Below, piece after piece: positions 1 through 9,104 of a DNA stretch of 64,000 nt. Under the pieces are notes generated by a model, which saw only the letters and a program-made list of their open reading frames with translations, was not told where the DNA came from and searched no databases. The stretch comes from Spirochaetia bacterium (lineage in GTDB: Bacteria > Spirochaetota > Spirochaetia > SP-2023), in contig OZ253665.1 of assembly GCA_965263295.1 (NCBI GenBank), positions 1,152,001-1,216,000 of the forward strand. Reading direction: 5' to 3'. Within the stretch, counting starts at the first letter, position 1, and each line of letters begins with the position of its first letter. The translations under genes and the position numbers were made by a program.

Positions 1-1212
1 CAGATTTATCAGCTGCGTCAGGACCTGCAAAGCGCGGACCTGTTAATTGACTGCCTCCTGGGAGCCGGCTTTCGCGGCGATGCCCCGCGGGCTTATATTG
101 ATAGCACTTTACAACTGTGCAACGAGTTGCAACAGAAGCACCAGCTCCCCCCGTTACTGGCCTGCGACATGCCCTCGGCCATGAAGCTGCAAGCCACACG
201 CACCCTGAGTTTTCATGCCCCTAAACTAAATATGTACGACGCAAACGGCACTCTGCTGCCTGAAGTCGGCGAGCTGGAAATCGCTCCGCTACCCTGGCCA
301 GAGGAAACGACAGATTGTGGCCCCGGCGAACTACTGCGCCTGCCGCCGTTGAACCCACAAGCCCGCAAAGGCGAGCGCGGCCGCCTGCTGATTATTGGCG
401 GCGGGCCATACCACGGAGCCCCGTTGCTTGCGGCCCAAGCCGCGGGCCGCAGCGGCTGCGACTTGGTTCACCTGGCTATGCCGCGCAGCGCCGCCGCGCG
501 CGTACACTGGCCACTATTCATAATTCCTGAAGCCTCAGCTGAAAATGCCAGCGATGATTATCTGGACGAGCACAGCGGCAAGCACTTGCTGCAACGTTGC
601 AGACAACAACACTTCGACGCCATCCTGCTCGGCCCCGGCATGGGTCGTCATCCCGCGACACTAGAAGCTGCCTGGAACTTATTGCAAGCCCTGATTTCAA
701 TGGAAATTCCAGTCGTACTGGACGCCGATGCCCTTTACATGCTGGCGCAAAAATGCCCAGGTTCCTGGCCCAGCCTGACTGGCGACAAGGAAAAAATAAT
801 GCGCGGCATCGCGACCCCGCACCGAGGCGAGCTCCGGCGATGGCTGGGAGACCCGCCGCCGCAAGATCTACTAGAAACCCAGGTGCCCCAGCAGAACGCG
901 GCCGAACAACAACTCGTCCTTTGCAGCGGTAGTCGTGACCAGCTCAGCAGCCCTGGCGGGCGCTCGGCTCGCTGTTCGGGCGGACACCCGCGCATGGCTT
1001 GCGCCGGCACAGGCGACCTCTTGGCCGGACTCTGCGCCTCTTTTCTGGCCCAGGGCATGGCGCCTTGGCCGGCAGGGCGCTTGGCGGCCTACACCCTGCG
1101 TCAAGCCGGCAATCTTGCAGCCCTCGACTGGGGTTTAGGGTTGGTCGCAGACGACATACCTAAATATATCAGTCGTTTTTTTGCCACCATGCGCGATAGC
1201 CTCAAGGTTTAA
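1..1212 (+). CDS. nnr: Bifunctional NAD(P)H-hydrate epimerase/dehydratase (YjeF/Nnr), 5'-truncated by window edge
   Basis: Frame 1 is open from base 1 (LLIDCLLGAGF, ACDMPS: YjeF_N). The C-terminal ribokinase-like domain has KGERGRLLIIGGG, GPGMG, VLDADAL, TPHRGEL and AGTGDLLAG. Confidence 0.92.
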   Translation, partial: QIYQLRQDLQSADLLIDCLLGAGFRGDAPRAYIDSTLQLCNELQQKHQLPPLLACDMPSAMKLQATRTLSFHAPKLNMYDANGTLLPEVGELEIAPLPWPEETTDCGPGELLRLPPLNPQARKGERGRLLIIGGGPYHGAPLLAAQAAGRSGCDLVHLAMPRSAAARVHWPLFIIPEASAENASDDYLDEHSGKHLLQRCRQQHFDAILLGPGMGRHPATLEAAWNLLQALISMEIPVVLDADALYMLAQKCPGSWPSLTGDKEKIMRGIATPHRGELRRWLGDPPPQDLLETQVPQQNAAEQQLVLCSGSRDQLSSPGGRSARCSGGHPRMACAGTGDLLAGLCASFLAQGMAPWPAGRLAAYTLRQAGNLAALDWGLGLVADDIPKYISRFFATMRDSLKV

Positions 1213-1294
1213 GCCCCAGTTTCCCCTAGTTTCCAACTGCGGCAAAAGCCCAACATAAAAAGAAAAATCTGTTCAATCATTATTGATCAAAGAA

Positions 1295-2179
1295 TTATCG
1301 AATCAGGTTTTTCGATTTCAAAAAGTTTATAGCTACTTCCTGTGGTTTGAGTTTATTTTCTTCCACATCGTAATTCATGGCGATCATTTCTTCATTACTA
1401 ATGATGTTGGTCAACTGGGCCAGCAAGCCATCAAGCTCCGGAAAGCGCTCCAGAATATCCCCTTGAGCCAATGGCACAGCGTAATAAGGCGGGAAGAAGT
1501 CCCCGTCATCCTCCAGGAGCCTCAGGTCAAAATGCTGAATCTTCGCATCGGTGGAATACGCATCGGTGTAATCTGCATGTCCGGCCATAATGGCCTTATA
1601 CTTTAGGCCGGCGTCCAACTGCAGCACCGGCTGCTGCGGCCGAAAGCCATAGGCCGCAAACAGTGGCTCCGCGCCATCTCCAGGCCGACCGACAAACTCG
1701 TTGTCAAAACCCGCGACCAAGTCCAAGTGCTCGCGCAAGTCGGAAATTTTATTAATCTCCAGTTCTTCGGCCCTGTTCCGCAGCATGCATAGGGCGTAAG
1801 TGTTGTTCAAACCCAGAGGGGCAAACACCTCCATATTGTATTTATCTTTAATCTGTTGCCGCACGACGCGCAACGTTTCATCGGCACTGAGCTTGCCCGT
1901 ATTCTTTAAATAAGCCTGATAGATGGTGCCCGTATATTCTGGACAGAGGTCAATATCACCTGACTTCAGGGCCTGCCAAACCACAAACGATGAGGACATG
2001 CAAGGTTTGAGATCAACTTCAATATCGCTATTGCCCTTTACCATCTCAGCTATAATGTAACTCAGAATAATGCCTTCTGTAAAATTCTTTGAGGCAATGG
2101 TCAATTTTCTGCTGTCTTTACCACAGGAGGCAAGAATAAAAACTATTGTCAGCAAAAATAATGCTTTCCATCTTTCCAT
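1295..2179 (-). CDS. Glycine betaine/choline ABC transporter substrate-binding lipoprotein (OpuBC/OsmF-like)
   Basis: Lipobox ILASC; motifs IASKNFTEG, DLCPEYTGT, LGLNNTYAL, DAYSTDA, FFPPYYA. GGAGG lies upstream of the ATG at 2179 (track start 2194). Confidence 0.9.
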   Translation of the reverse strand: MERWKALFLLTIVFILASCGKDSRKLTIASKNFTEGIILSYIIAEMVKGNSDIEVDLKPCMSSSFVVWQALKSGDIDLCPEYTGTIYQAYLKNTGKLSADETLRVVRQQIKDKYNMEVFAPLGLNNTYALCMLRNRAEELEINKISDLREHLDLVAGFDNEFVGRPGDGAEPLFAAYGFRPQQPVLQLDAGLKYKAIMAGHADYTDAYSTDAKIQHFDLRLLEDDGDFFPPYYAVPLAQGDILERFPELDGLLAQLTNIISNEEMIAMNYDVEENKLKPQEVAINFLKSKNLIR

Positions 2180-2329
2180 CGCATTATCCTCCATTTGTCA
2201 GACTTTACACAAAAATTTTTACCAACAATGGATTTTTTTTCTATATGATTTTTAAGTTTGAAGTACAAAAATATTAATTAAGATCAAGAAGTCTACCCAG
2301 CATTATCTGGATTATATCCAGTAAAACAT

Positions 2330-2810
2330 CTAACATCGCCAAAGAAATCGGCCATCCAGGCTCATGCCATTATCCCAAATATTCAGAATCCCAAAAATAA
2401 AACACCACAACTTCTCCCGTAAGACCATCCGCAGCAACGGCTGCTGCGGCCTAGCCGTAGGTCGCAAACAGCGGTACCACGCCATCTCAGGGCGGGTGCT
2501 AGCACAGGCCGGAAATTTGATTAGTATCCAATTTTTCGGCTCTGCCGCTGAGCATACCTATAGAGTAATTATTGTTCAAACCCAGAAAATCAAATATTTT
2601 CATATTGTACTTATCTTTAATATGATGCCGTAAACAGCACAATGTTGCATCAAAACTGAGCTTGTCCTATATTTCTCATTTGATCTCTTCTTTGATTTTT
2701 GACCAAACGGATATAAAAAATTTTCAATTGTTTTGAATATTACGGCAATACAAACAACCCCGATTCATATCAGCAAGCCCTAAATTGGAATCAAACGTGC
2801 CCGTATATTA
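2330..2810 (-). pseudogene. Degraded tandem duplicate of the betaine-binding protein gene
   Basis: Colinear nucleotide similarity with indels and no intact ORF: 2431-2490 vs 1621-1684, 2507-2667 vs about 1735-1898, and GTGCCCGTATATT at 2797 vs 1926. Confidence 0.8.
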
Positions 2811-2999
2811 ATCAAGTCAAGTACTATATTTATTTTTTTATGTGCAATATTAGAAATAACTTGGCCTTTCTGTATCTGGAAAACTTGTTACTGAGAAAAG
2901 AGATAACTTCGGTAATCTTCGTTGGGTAATAAAATAAAGAAAACCTGTCGAAGGGGCGGCAGGAAAATTCCCAGTATTTTGACTTTTCAAGCTTGGAGG

Positions 3000-3338
3000 G
3001 AAGGTATACATGAAGGTAGTCCTGATGCTTCTTCGACGACATTATCCCTGATCATTGGGCGCAAAGTTTTGCCAGAGCGCGTGGGGTTGGCGTTGTTTTT
3101 CCCTCGCGTTGCTTGTATTGCCGTAGGGATAGATATGTCGCACTCCTCAGAGTTTACAGGTCTTACCAGCTCTGTAAGCGGCGATCTGGTTCTGTTCGTA
3201 AATAATGCGGATACGCTAGTTGATGTAATTCTCGGTTTTTTCGCGACGCTATCCAAGGTGACACTGGCAGCAAGCGTAGCCCTTCATTCGCTTTTCGGTA
3301 AGTATTCCACAAATAATATTGACGATCACGCCGGCCAT
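3000..3338 (-). pseudogene. Possible remnant of a phage head morphogenesis protein (Mu gpF/SPP1 gp7-like)
   Basis: A stop-interrupted frame reads RIRIIYEQNQIAAYRAG...HIYPY...RQPHALW, resembling the gpF pattern RxRxIYxTNxxxAYxAG...PYWxY...RPxHxxW. Confidence 0.4.
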
Positions 3339-3448
3339 TTTACGTAATCCACAGTCTCTGACAATGGCCAAGCACACAGGATTTCTCCCCCCCCTTACAT
3401 CACACCCCAATATGATGCCTTACAATACAAAATCATTCCAAGCAGATA

Positions 3449-4177
3449 CTAATCCGATTGAGGCTCTTCTTTATCTTCCATCTCGCGAGCGGTCGACAGA
3501 GCCGAGGCAAGCAACCCCGTCGGCACAGCCACGATGCCCAGGCCAATCATCAGTACTAGAAAAGTGAAAATTTTCCCTCCGGTCGTAATTGGGTAAATAT
3601 CCCCGTAGCCCACTGTCGTAAGTGTGGCGACAGCCCACCACAGGCTCTGGAAAATGGATGAAAAGGATTCAGGCTGTGCCGCATTCTCAAAATAATAAAT
3701 ACCAACAGCAGAAAAGAATAACAACATCGCGGCAAAAATGGAAAACAGCACCAGTTCTTCTTTTGCAATCAGCAATGCTTTGTGGAAGCGTTTAATCGCC
3801 AGGCTGTAGCGCAGGAGTTTAAATGCGCGAAACAATCTCAAGAGCCGAAGGATTCTTATAGATCTTAAATCAAAACTTGCAGATAGGTAAAATGGTAGTA
3901 TCGCGAGCAAATCGACCAAGCCATAAAAACTAAAAACGAATTTGACTTTTTTTTCTGCGATTAAAATCCTCAGTATATATTCAATAGAAAAGATTAGAAC
4001 CGTAATAATTTCTATAAATCGCAGAATCTTTATAAGCTTGACATTGAGTTCTGGAAGTGTTTCAATGGAAAATGATATGAGGGAAATAACAATTAGGACC
4101 TGAATGAAAATATCAAATATGCGCCCTTGTATCTTATCATGATTGTCTAATATGGCTTTTATACACCTGATTAACAT
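3449..4177 (-). CDS. Voltage-gated-type potassium channel / ion transporter
   Basis: Six hydrophobic segments, an S4-like RSIRILRLLRLFRAFKLLR, and the filter WWAVATLTTVGYGD. Start placed at ATG 4177 (track start 4252). Confidence 0.92.
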   Translation of the reverse strand: MLIRCIKAILDNHDKIQGRIFDIFIQVLIVISLISFSIETLPELNVKLIKILRFIEIITVLIFSIEYILRILIAEKKVKFVFSFYGLVDLLAILPFYLSASFDLRSIRILRLLRLFRAFKLLRYSLAIKRFHKALLIAKEELVLFSIFAAMLLFFSAVGIYYFENAAQPESFSSIFQSLWWAVATLTTVGYGDIYPITTGGKIFTFLVLMIGLGIVAVPTGLLASALSTAREMEDKEEPQSD

Positions 4178-4264
4178 AATTTGCAGCTCGCCGCCCCAGC
4201 AGTCGGTCCTATTTCTAATACAGTGCCAGAAATTAACAGGGCCCGGCCCCATAATTAGTCATGG

Positions 4265-5017
4265 CTAAAAGAACTGATCTATGACACGGAATGAAAGTAG
4301 GTAATAAGTAATTGTCGAGACAACGCGCACTTTCTTAATGTGTGGATTGTTCCAGTCTCGTTCACTAATAGTGAATTGGCCCTGGGAAGCACTCTTGATT
4401 TTCCCCAGGGGACTTCTTGAATCCACGGCAAATTTATTGGCTACTTCACGGGCATTCTTAGTTGCCTCTTCAATCATCTCAGGCTTGACTTGATTCAAAC
4501 GCGTAAAAAGATATTCTGCCTGTGAGTGATAAGTCAAGTCATCACCGCTCAACACGATCCCTTGTTTGCCAAGTTCAGATAATTGTCCCATCGCCTTCCG
4601 CACAATGCCAATATTGCGCGAGTAAACTGTAACTGTCTGCCGCGCAGTATAGCGGAAGTCATAATTTGCTTTGTCATCATATCGTCGTGCTTTTTTATCA
4701 ATAATGGATGGCGTAGAAACCGTAATTTCCTGGTCTTTTATGCCATTATTTTTCAAGAAGGCCCGAACTCTTTGAGTGCTGCTATCAATTGAAGAATAGA
4801 TCCCTTCCAGGTTATTACTCGCTTTAGTAAACTGAATTGGCCAAATGACAGTATCCGCAGCGTATTCCCTTTCAGACAAGCCCTTCACCGTGACAGTACG
4901 GTCAAATTGTTTGACGTGAATTGCCGCATTGCCCAGAATATAACCTAGCAAAGACAAACCAATCAGAATACACAGTCCCAAAATTAACGAGTTGCACCTG
5001 CCGATTCTCACCATCAC
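4265..5017 (-). CDS. SIMPL (DUF541) domain protein
   Basis: N-terminal membrane anchor; RTVTVKGLSERE, KPEMIEEATKNAREVA, LGKIKSASQGQF, KKVRVVST. Confidence 0.88.
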   Translation of the reverse strand: MMVRIGRCNSLILGLCILIGLSLLGYILGNAAIHVKQFDRTVTVKGLSEREYAADTVIWPIQFTKASNNLEGIYSSIDSSTQRVRAFLKNNGIKDQEITVSTPSIIDKKARRYDDKANYDFRYTARQTVTVYSRNIGIVRKAMGQLSELGKQGIVLSGDDLTYHSQAEYLFTRLNQVKPEMIEEATKNAREVANKFAVDSRSPLGKIKSASQGQFTISERDWNNPHIKKVRVVSTITYYLLSFRVIDQFF

Positions 5018-5075
5018 TCTATCCTCGATATTGTAAACAATATCAGCCCAATATCTATAGGACCTTCATTATTCC

Positions 5076-5594
5076 TCAGTTATCTTGTTCTACAAAAATC
5101 AGACTATCAGTATCAAAACCATACGCTTTCGACTGAGCGATGAAGCGCTCCACGACTGCGGGCTCTACCGCAGGTGTTCTCGACAACAACCACAAATACT
5201 TGGTATTCGGGCCGCAAACAAAAGCATATTGATAAGCCTCCCGCTCCAACTCAAAAACGATGTAAGAGCCATAAAATGGGCCAAAAAACGAAACCTTAAA
5301 ATAGCCTTCGGTCCCATCCTTTGTGAAATACGCCTTGCCTTCGGCCTCTTTCCAAGAATTCTTTGCCGCAGAAAAACCCCGATTCAAAACGCGAACACCG
5401 CCGTCATCTCTCAGGCTATATTCAGCGCTAACCTGGCTCAGACCCCTTTCAAAAGGATGATTTAAACGGGCAATTTCATACCATTTCCCCAGGTAACGCT
5501 CCAACTCAAAACCGGCTACCGGCTGTATCAATTTAGGCATGCCCAAGCAAGCATTCAGCATTAAGGTCCCCAATATTGGCCATAATTTACTCAA
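5076..5594 (-). CDS. blc: Outer membrane lipocalin Blc
   Basis: Lipobox LNAC; YLGKWYEIAR, KVSFFGPFYGSY, YLWLLSRTP. AGGAGG precedes a TTG start. Confidence 0.93.
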   Translation of the reverse strand: MSKLWPILGTLMLNACLGMPKLIQPVAGFELERYLGKWYEIARLNHPFERGLSQVSAEYSLRDDGGVRVLNRGFSAAKNSWKEAEGKAYFTKDGTEGYFKVSFFGPFYGSYIVFELEREAYQYAFVCGPNTKYLWLLSRTPAVEPAVVERFIAQSKAYGFDTDSLIFVEQDN

Positions 5595-5833
5595 GAAATG
5601 CCTCCTGACAAATTAGGTGCCACCTTTAATTTTCTATCTGGAAATACCGGACAAGCCAATGCCAGGCTCCCCACAAGCGATTGGCATCTATTATAATGAT
5701 TATTGAGACTTTGAACTACAAGGCAAAATACTAAAATTCGGTGGCTAATTCTACCCGTGTGTTTCGCTGATTTTGCATATAATAATACCACTGTTCTCGC
5801 CATCCTGCTTTTCTTACCTTTTCTTATCTTGTC

Positions 5834-5862
5834 TTGTCCATATCACTTTTTCATGGTATAAA
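5834..5862 (+). promoter_or_regulatory. Putative sigma70 promoter for nhaC
   Basis: TTGTCC-17 bp-TATAAA with TG at the extended -10 position, about 40 bp before the ATG. Confidence 0.4.
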
Positions 5863-5900
5863 TATTGTATTTATAACTAATTTAAACAAGGCTCTCCGTT

Positions 5901-7322
5901 ATGCAAGATATCCGTCTACCGAATTTAGTGCAGGTCATCATTGCTTTAGGGCTTTTCCTGGGGCTGGCATTCTCATTCACGGCCTCATTGGATTTACCCG
6001 TGCAGCTGGCCCTCTACATTGGCTGGTTCGTCATCATGGCATTGGGACTCAGGCTGGGGCACAGTTACCAGGAACTGGAAAAAGCAGCGCTCAACGGCAT
6101 TTCTAAAGGTTTGAACGCAGTAATTATCCTGATTTCTGTCGGCGCCCTAGTCGGCACCTGGATTTCGGGGGGTATTGTTCCGACCATCATCTATTACGGC
6201 CTCAAAGCGATTCACCCGCAAATTTTCCTCACGGCGGCAATGATCCTCTGTTCGCTGACATCCTTGGCGACTGGCACCTCTTGGGGCGCTGCCGGCACGG
6301 CGGGCATTGCCATGATGGGCATCGGCCAGGGTCTGGGAGTCCCGGCTCCCATTACTGCAGGTGCGGTTTTGTCCGGCTGTTATTTTGGCGACAAGTTGTC
6401 GCCATTGTCAGACTCTACGATCCTGGCTTCTTCAATGGCCAACGTTGAAGTCATGGAGCACGTGAAGGGAATGCTGCCGATTTCACTGATCAGTTACGTG
6501 ATTAGCGCCATTATGTTCACCGCATTTGGCTTTCACTACGCGGGCAGAGTGGAAATGTCTCAGGTTCAGACCGTTATCAATGCGCTGGAGCAGCATTTTA
6601 AGATTAGCCCCGTGTCGCTCATCCCTGTGCTGCTTGTCCTCGTTCTATTGGCGATGCGCATGCCTTCCTTCCCGGTCATCAGCCTGGGCTCCCTGCTTGG
6701 GATCATCTGGGCAGTAGCCATTCAGCGCATGGAATTCCTGCAGGCATTCAATACCGCCTGGCAACCTTTTTCTATTCAATCAGGCGTGAGCTTTATTGAT
6801 GCCATTCTGAATCGCGGCGGTATTGTCTCCATGCTAGGTTCGGTCGCGGTCATCATCTTTGGTCTCGGTTTTGGCGGTCTGCTCGAAAAAGTCGGCGTAT
6901 TGGAAACCGTCGGAAAGTTGTTCGAGCGACGCGTGAAAAGCGCGGGTTCTCTAACGACAAGTACCATAGCCACGGCCTTTCTGGGGAACATCTTTGGCTC
7001 AGCCATGTATGTTTCCCTCATCCTGGCCCCTGAGATTTGTGCAAAAAACTACGATCGCCTGGGCTACCAGCGCAAGAATTTATCTCGTAACACCGAGTTT
7101 GGCGGGACCTTGACTTCCGGCATGGTGCCCTGGAGCGATAACGGGATCTATATGTCGAGCATCCTTGGGGTTGCAACTCTTTCGTACGCCCCTTTTATGT
7201 GGCTCAGCTTCGTGTGCATCATCGTGGCCATCATCACCTCGTACTTGGGGATATTTGTCGATAAATGCGAACCCGTTGCGCCTTCCTCGGCAGCGGAAGC
7301 GACGGAACGGCCGGGCAAATGA
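5901..7322 (+). CDS. nhaC: NhaC-family Na+/H+ antiporter
   Basis: Polytopic membrane protein with GTWISGGIVPTIIYYGL, ATGTSWG, GCYFGDKLSPLSD and GMVPW. Confidence 0.92.
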   Translation: MQDIRLPNLVQVIIALGLFLGLAFSFTASLDLPVQLALYIGWFVIMALGLRLGHSYQELEKAALNGISKGLNAVIILISVGALVGTWISGGIVPTIIYYGLKAIHPQIFLTAAMILCSLTSLATGTSWGAAGTAGIAMMGIGQGLGVPAPITAGAVLSGCYFGDKLSPLSDSTILASSMANVEVMEHVKGMLPISLISYVISAIMFTAFGFHYAGRVEMSQVQTVINALEQHFKISPVSLIPVLLVLVLLAMRMPSFPVISLGSLLGIIWAVAIQRMEFLQAFNTAWQPFSIQSGVSFIDAILNRGGIVSMLGSVAVIIFGLGFGGLLEKVGVLETVGKLFERRVKSAGSLTTSTIATAFLGNIFGSAMYVSLILAPEICAKNYDRLGYQRKNLSRNTEFGGTLTSGMVPWSDNGIYMSSILGVATLSYAPFMWLSFVCIIVAIITSYLGIFVDKCEPVAPSSAAEATERPGK

Positions 7323-7406
7323 TTCGTTCATGGCCCGTTTCATGGCGGCAGGCTTGCTTATCACAGAGTTAATGCCGAATTAAATGTGGAGTTAAATTAA
7401 CAAGCA

Positions 7407-8918
7407 ATGTATACACTGGGCATCGACCTGAGCACCCAAAGTCTTAGCGCCACTCTTTTGCAAAGCACAGAAGGTAAGAACGAAGGCGAGCGAGGAATCC
7501 GTTTTTGCGCCAACTGGAGTATTCCGTTTCGTGATTTGGCAGAAAAATATGCTTTAGATCCGCAAACACTCTGCATCAAGGACTTGAGTCAAAGGCATCC
7601 GGGATTTTATGCCCAGCCGCCCCAGATGTTTCTGGAAGCTTTGGACCTACTCTTGGCGCAGATTCAGGCTGAGGGAACCCCGTTGCATCGCGTATTGGCT
7701 ATAAACTGTTCGGCACAGCAGCACGGCCAACTTTGGCTGAATGCCGAGTTTGAGCTTTGTTGCCAACAGTTGAGGCAGCCAGGACATGCGCAGAAAGAAT
7801 TGTCATTGAACCAATTGTTTGACGCCAGTTATGCTTACCCTGCGGCGCCGATTTGGATGTACAGCCAGACAAAGGCCGAGGCCAAGCATTTACTAGAGCA
7901 CGTGGGCAACGACAAGTTATTGCAGCTCTGCGGCTCGGCCGCGCCGCTGCGTTTCAGCGGCCTGGTACTGCGCTGGCTGGCCCGGCGAGAGAAGACGGCT
8001 TACCGGCAGTGCCGGTATGTTCACCTGCTCAGTTCTTGGCTCGCTGCCGTGTTCACTGCTAAAAGCAATGCGGCCATCGATTGGGGCAGCGGCGCGGGAA
8101 CTTTGATGATGGATTATCGGGCGCGAAATTGGTCGCAAGAGTTACTTGCCTCTCTCGCAGAAGGTTTGGCCAGTGAAGCCGGCGGGCCAAGCGGGGGGGC
8201 GGCCGAACTGCGTTCTCGCTTGCCTGAGTTAGCTTCACCAGTGGCAGAACAGGGCAAAGTGGCAAGCTATTTTTTAAAGTACGGCTTTGCTGCCGACTGC
8301 AAAGTATTGACTGGCAGTGGCGACAATCCACAAAGCAAAGTATGCCAAGCGGGAGACTTGTTGAGTTTAGGCAGTAGCTTTGTGGCGATGAGCCGGACGG
8401 CTAAGTTCCATCCGAAATTCCATCCATGGGCCAACGCCATGTATGACGGTTTGGGTCAGCCCTTCTCCTTTACCTGTCGCAGCAACGGGGCTTTAGTCTG
8501 GGATGCAGTGCGGCAGTCCTTGGGACTTTCCTATGCGCAACAGGACGCTGCCCTGGAAAAATATCCGCTCGGTTCACTGCCAGCTCTGCCGTTGCGCCTA
8601 CTTAATGAAAGTTTTCCACCGGCTCCAGCCAACGTGACGGATGTACAAAATTTTGCCGGGCCAAGCACCGATCCCGCTGCCAATCTCGTAGCTGTCATTG
8701 ATGGGACTTTGCTAGAGTGGCACCAAGCTTGTCTTGACGTCTTTGGCACCAGTGAAGATCTGCTCTACGTTACCGGAGGCCCCACTCGGTCTCAGCAGGT
8801 TTTACAACGCATTGAGGCGATCTGGCGGCGCCCGCTACAAACTTTCAACAGTGCGGGAGCCTCTTATGGAGCGGCTATGGCAGCTATGCTAGCTGAAACT
8901 AGGTATCCTCAAAAATAG
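7407..8918 (+). CDS. FGGY-family carbohydrate kinase (xylulokinase-like)
   Basis: LGIDLSTQS, SAQQHG, APIWM, LRFSG, GSGDNPQS, LSLGSS and VTGG motifs. Confidence 0.8.
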   Translation: MYTLGIDLSTQSLSATLLQSTEGKNEGERGIRFCANWSIPFRDLAEKYALDPQTLCIKDLSQRHPGFYAQPPQMFLEALDLLLAQIQAEGTPLHRVLAINCSAQQHGQLWLNAEFELCCQQLRQPGHAQKELSLNQLFDASYAYPAAPIWMYSQTKAEAKHLLEHVGNDKLLQLCGSAAPLRFSGLVLRWLARREKTAYRQCRYVHLLSSWLAAVFTAKSNAAIDWGSGAGTLMMDYRARNWSQELLASLAEGLASEAGGPSGGAAELRSRLPELASPVAEQGKVASYFLKYGFAADCKVLTGSGDNPQSKVCQAGDLLSLGSSFVAMSRTAKFHPKFHPWANAMYDGLGQPFSFTCRSNGALVWDAVRQSLGLSYAQQDAALEKYPLGSLPALPLRLLNESFPPAPANVTDVQNFAGPSTDPAANLVAVIDGTLLEWHQACLDVFGTSEDLLYVTGGPTRSQQVLQRIEAIWRRPLQTFNSAGASYGAAMAAMLAETRYPQK

Positions 8919-9104
8919 CCGGTTTACTGGTTTACTGTTTGAGTTGTATTGTATCTGGCTAAAAGCTCGTATTCTTTGGGTTTTATTCAAGATAAACACA
9001 TGGACAGGATATTTCGCCCGGACACAAACGTCTTGCCGATCTTCTCTTGTGCTATCTTCAACTGCAGTTTTGACCACCGCTGGACAATCGTTTTTTTATT
9101 CTCT

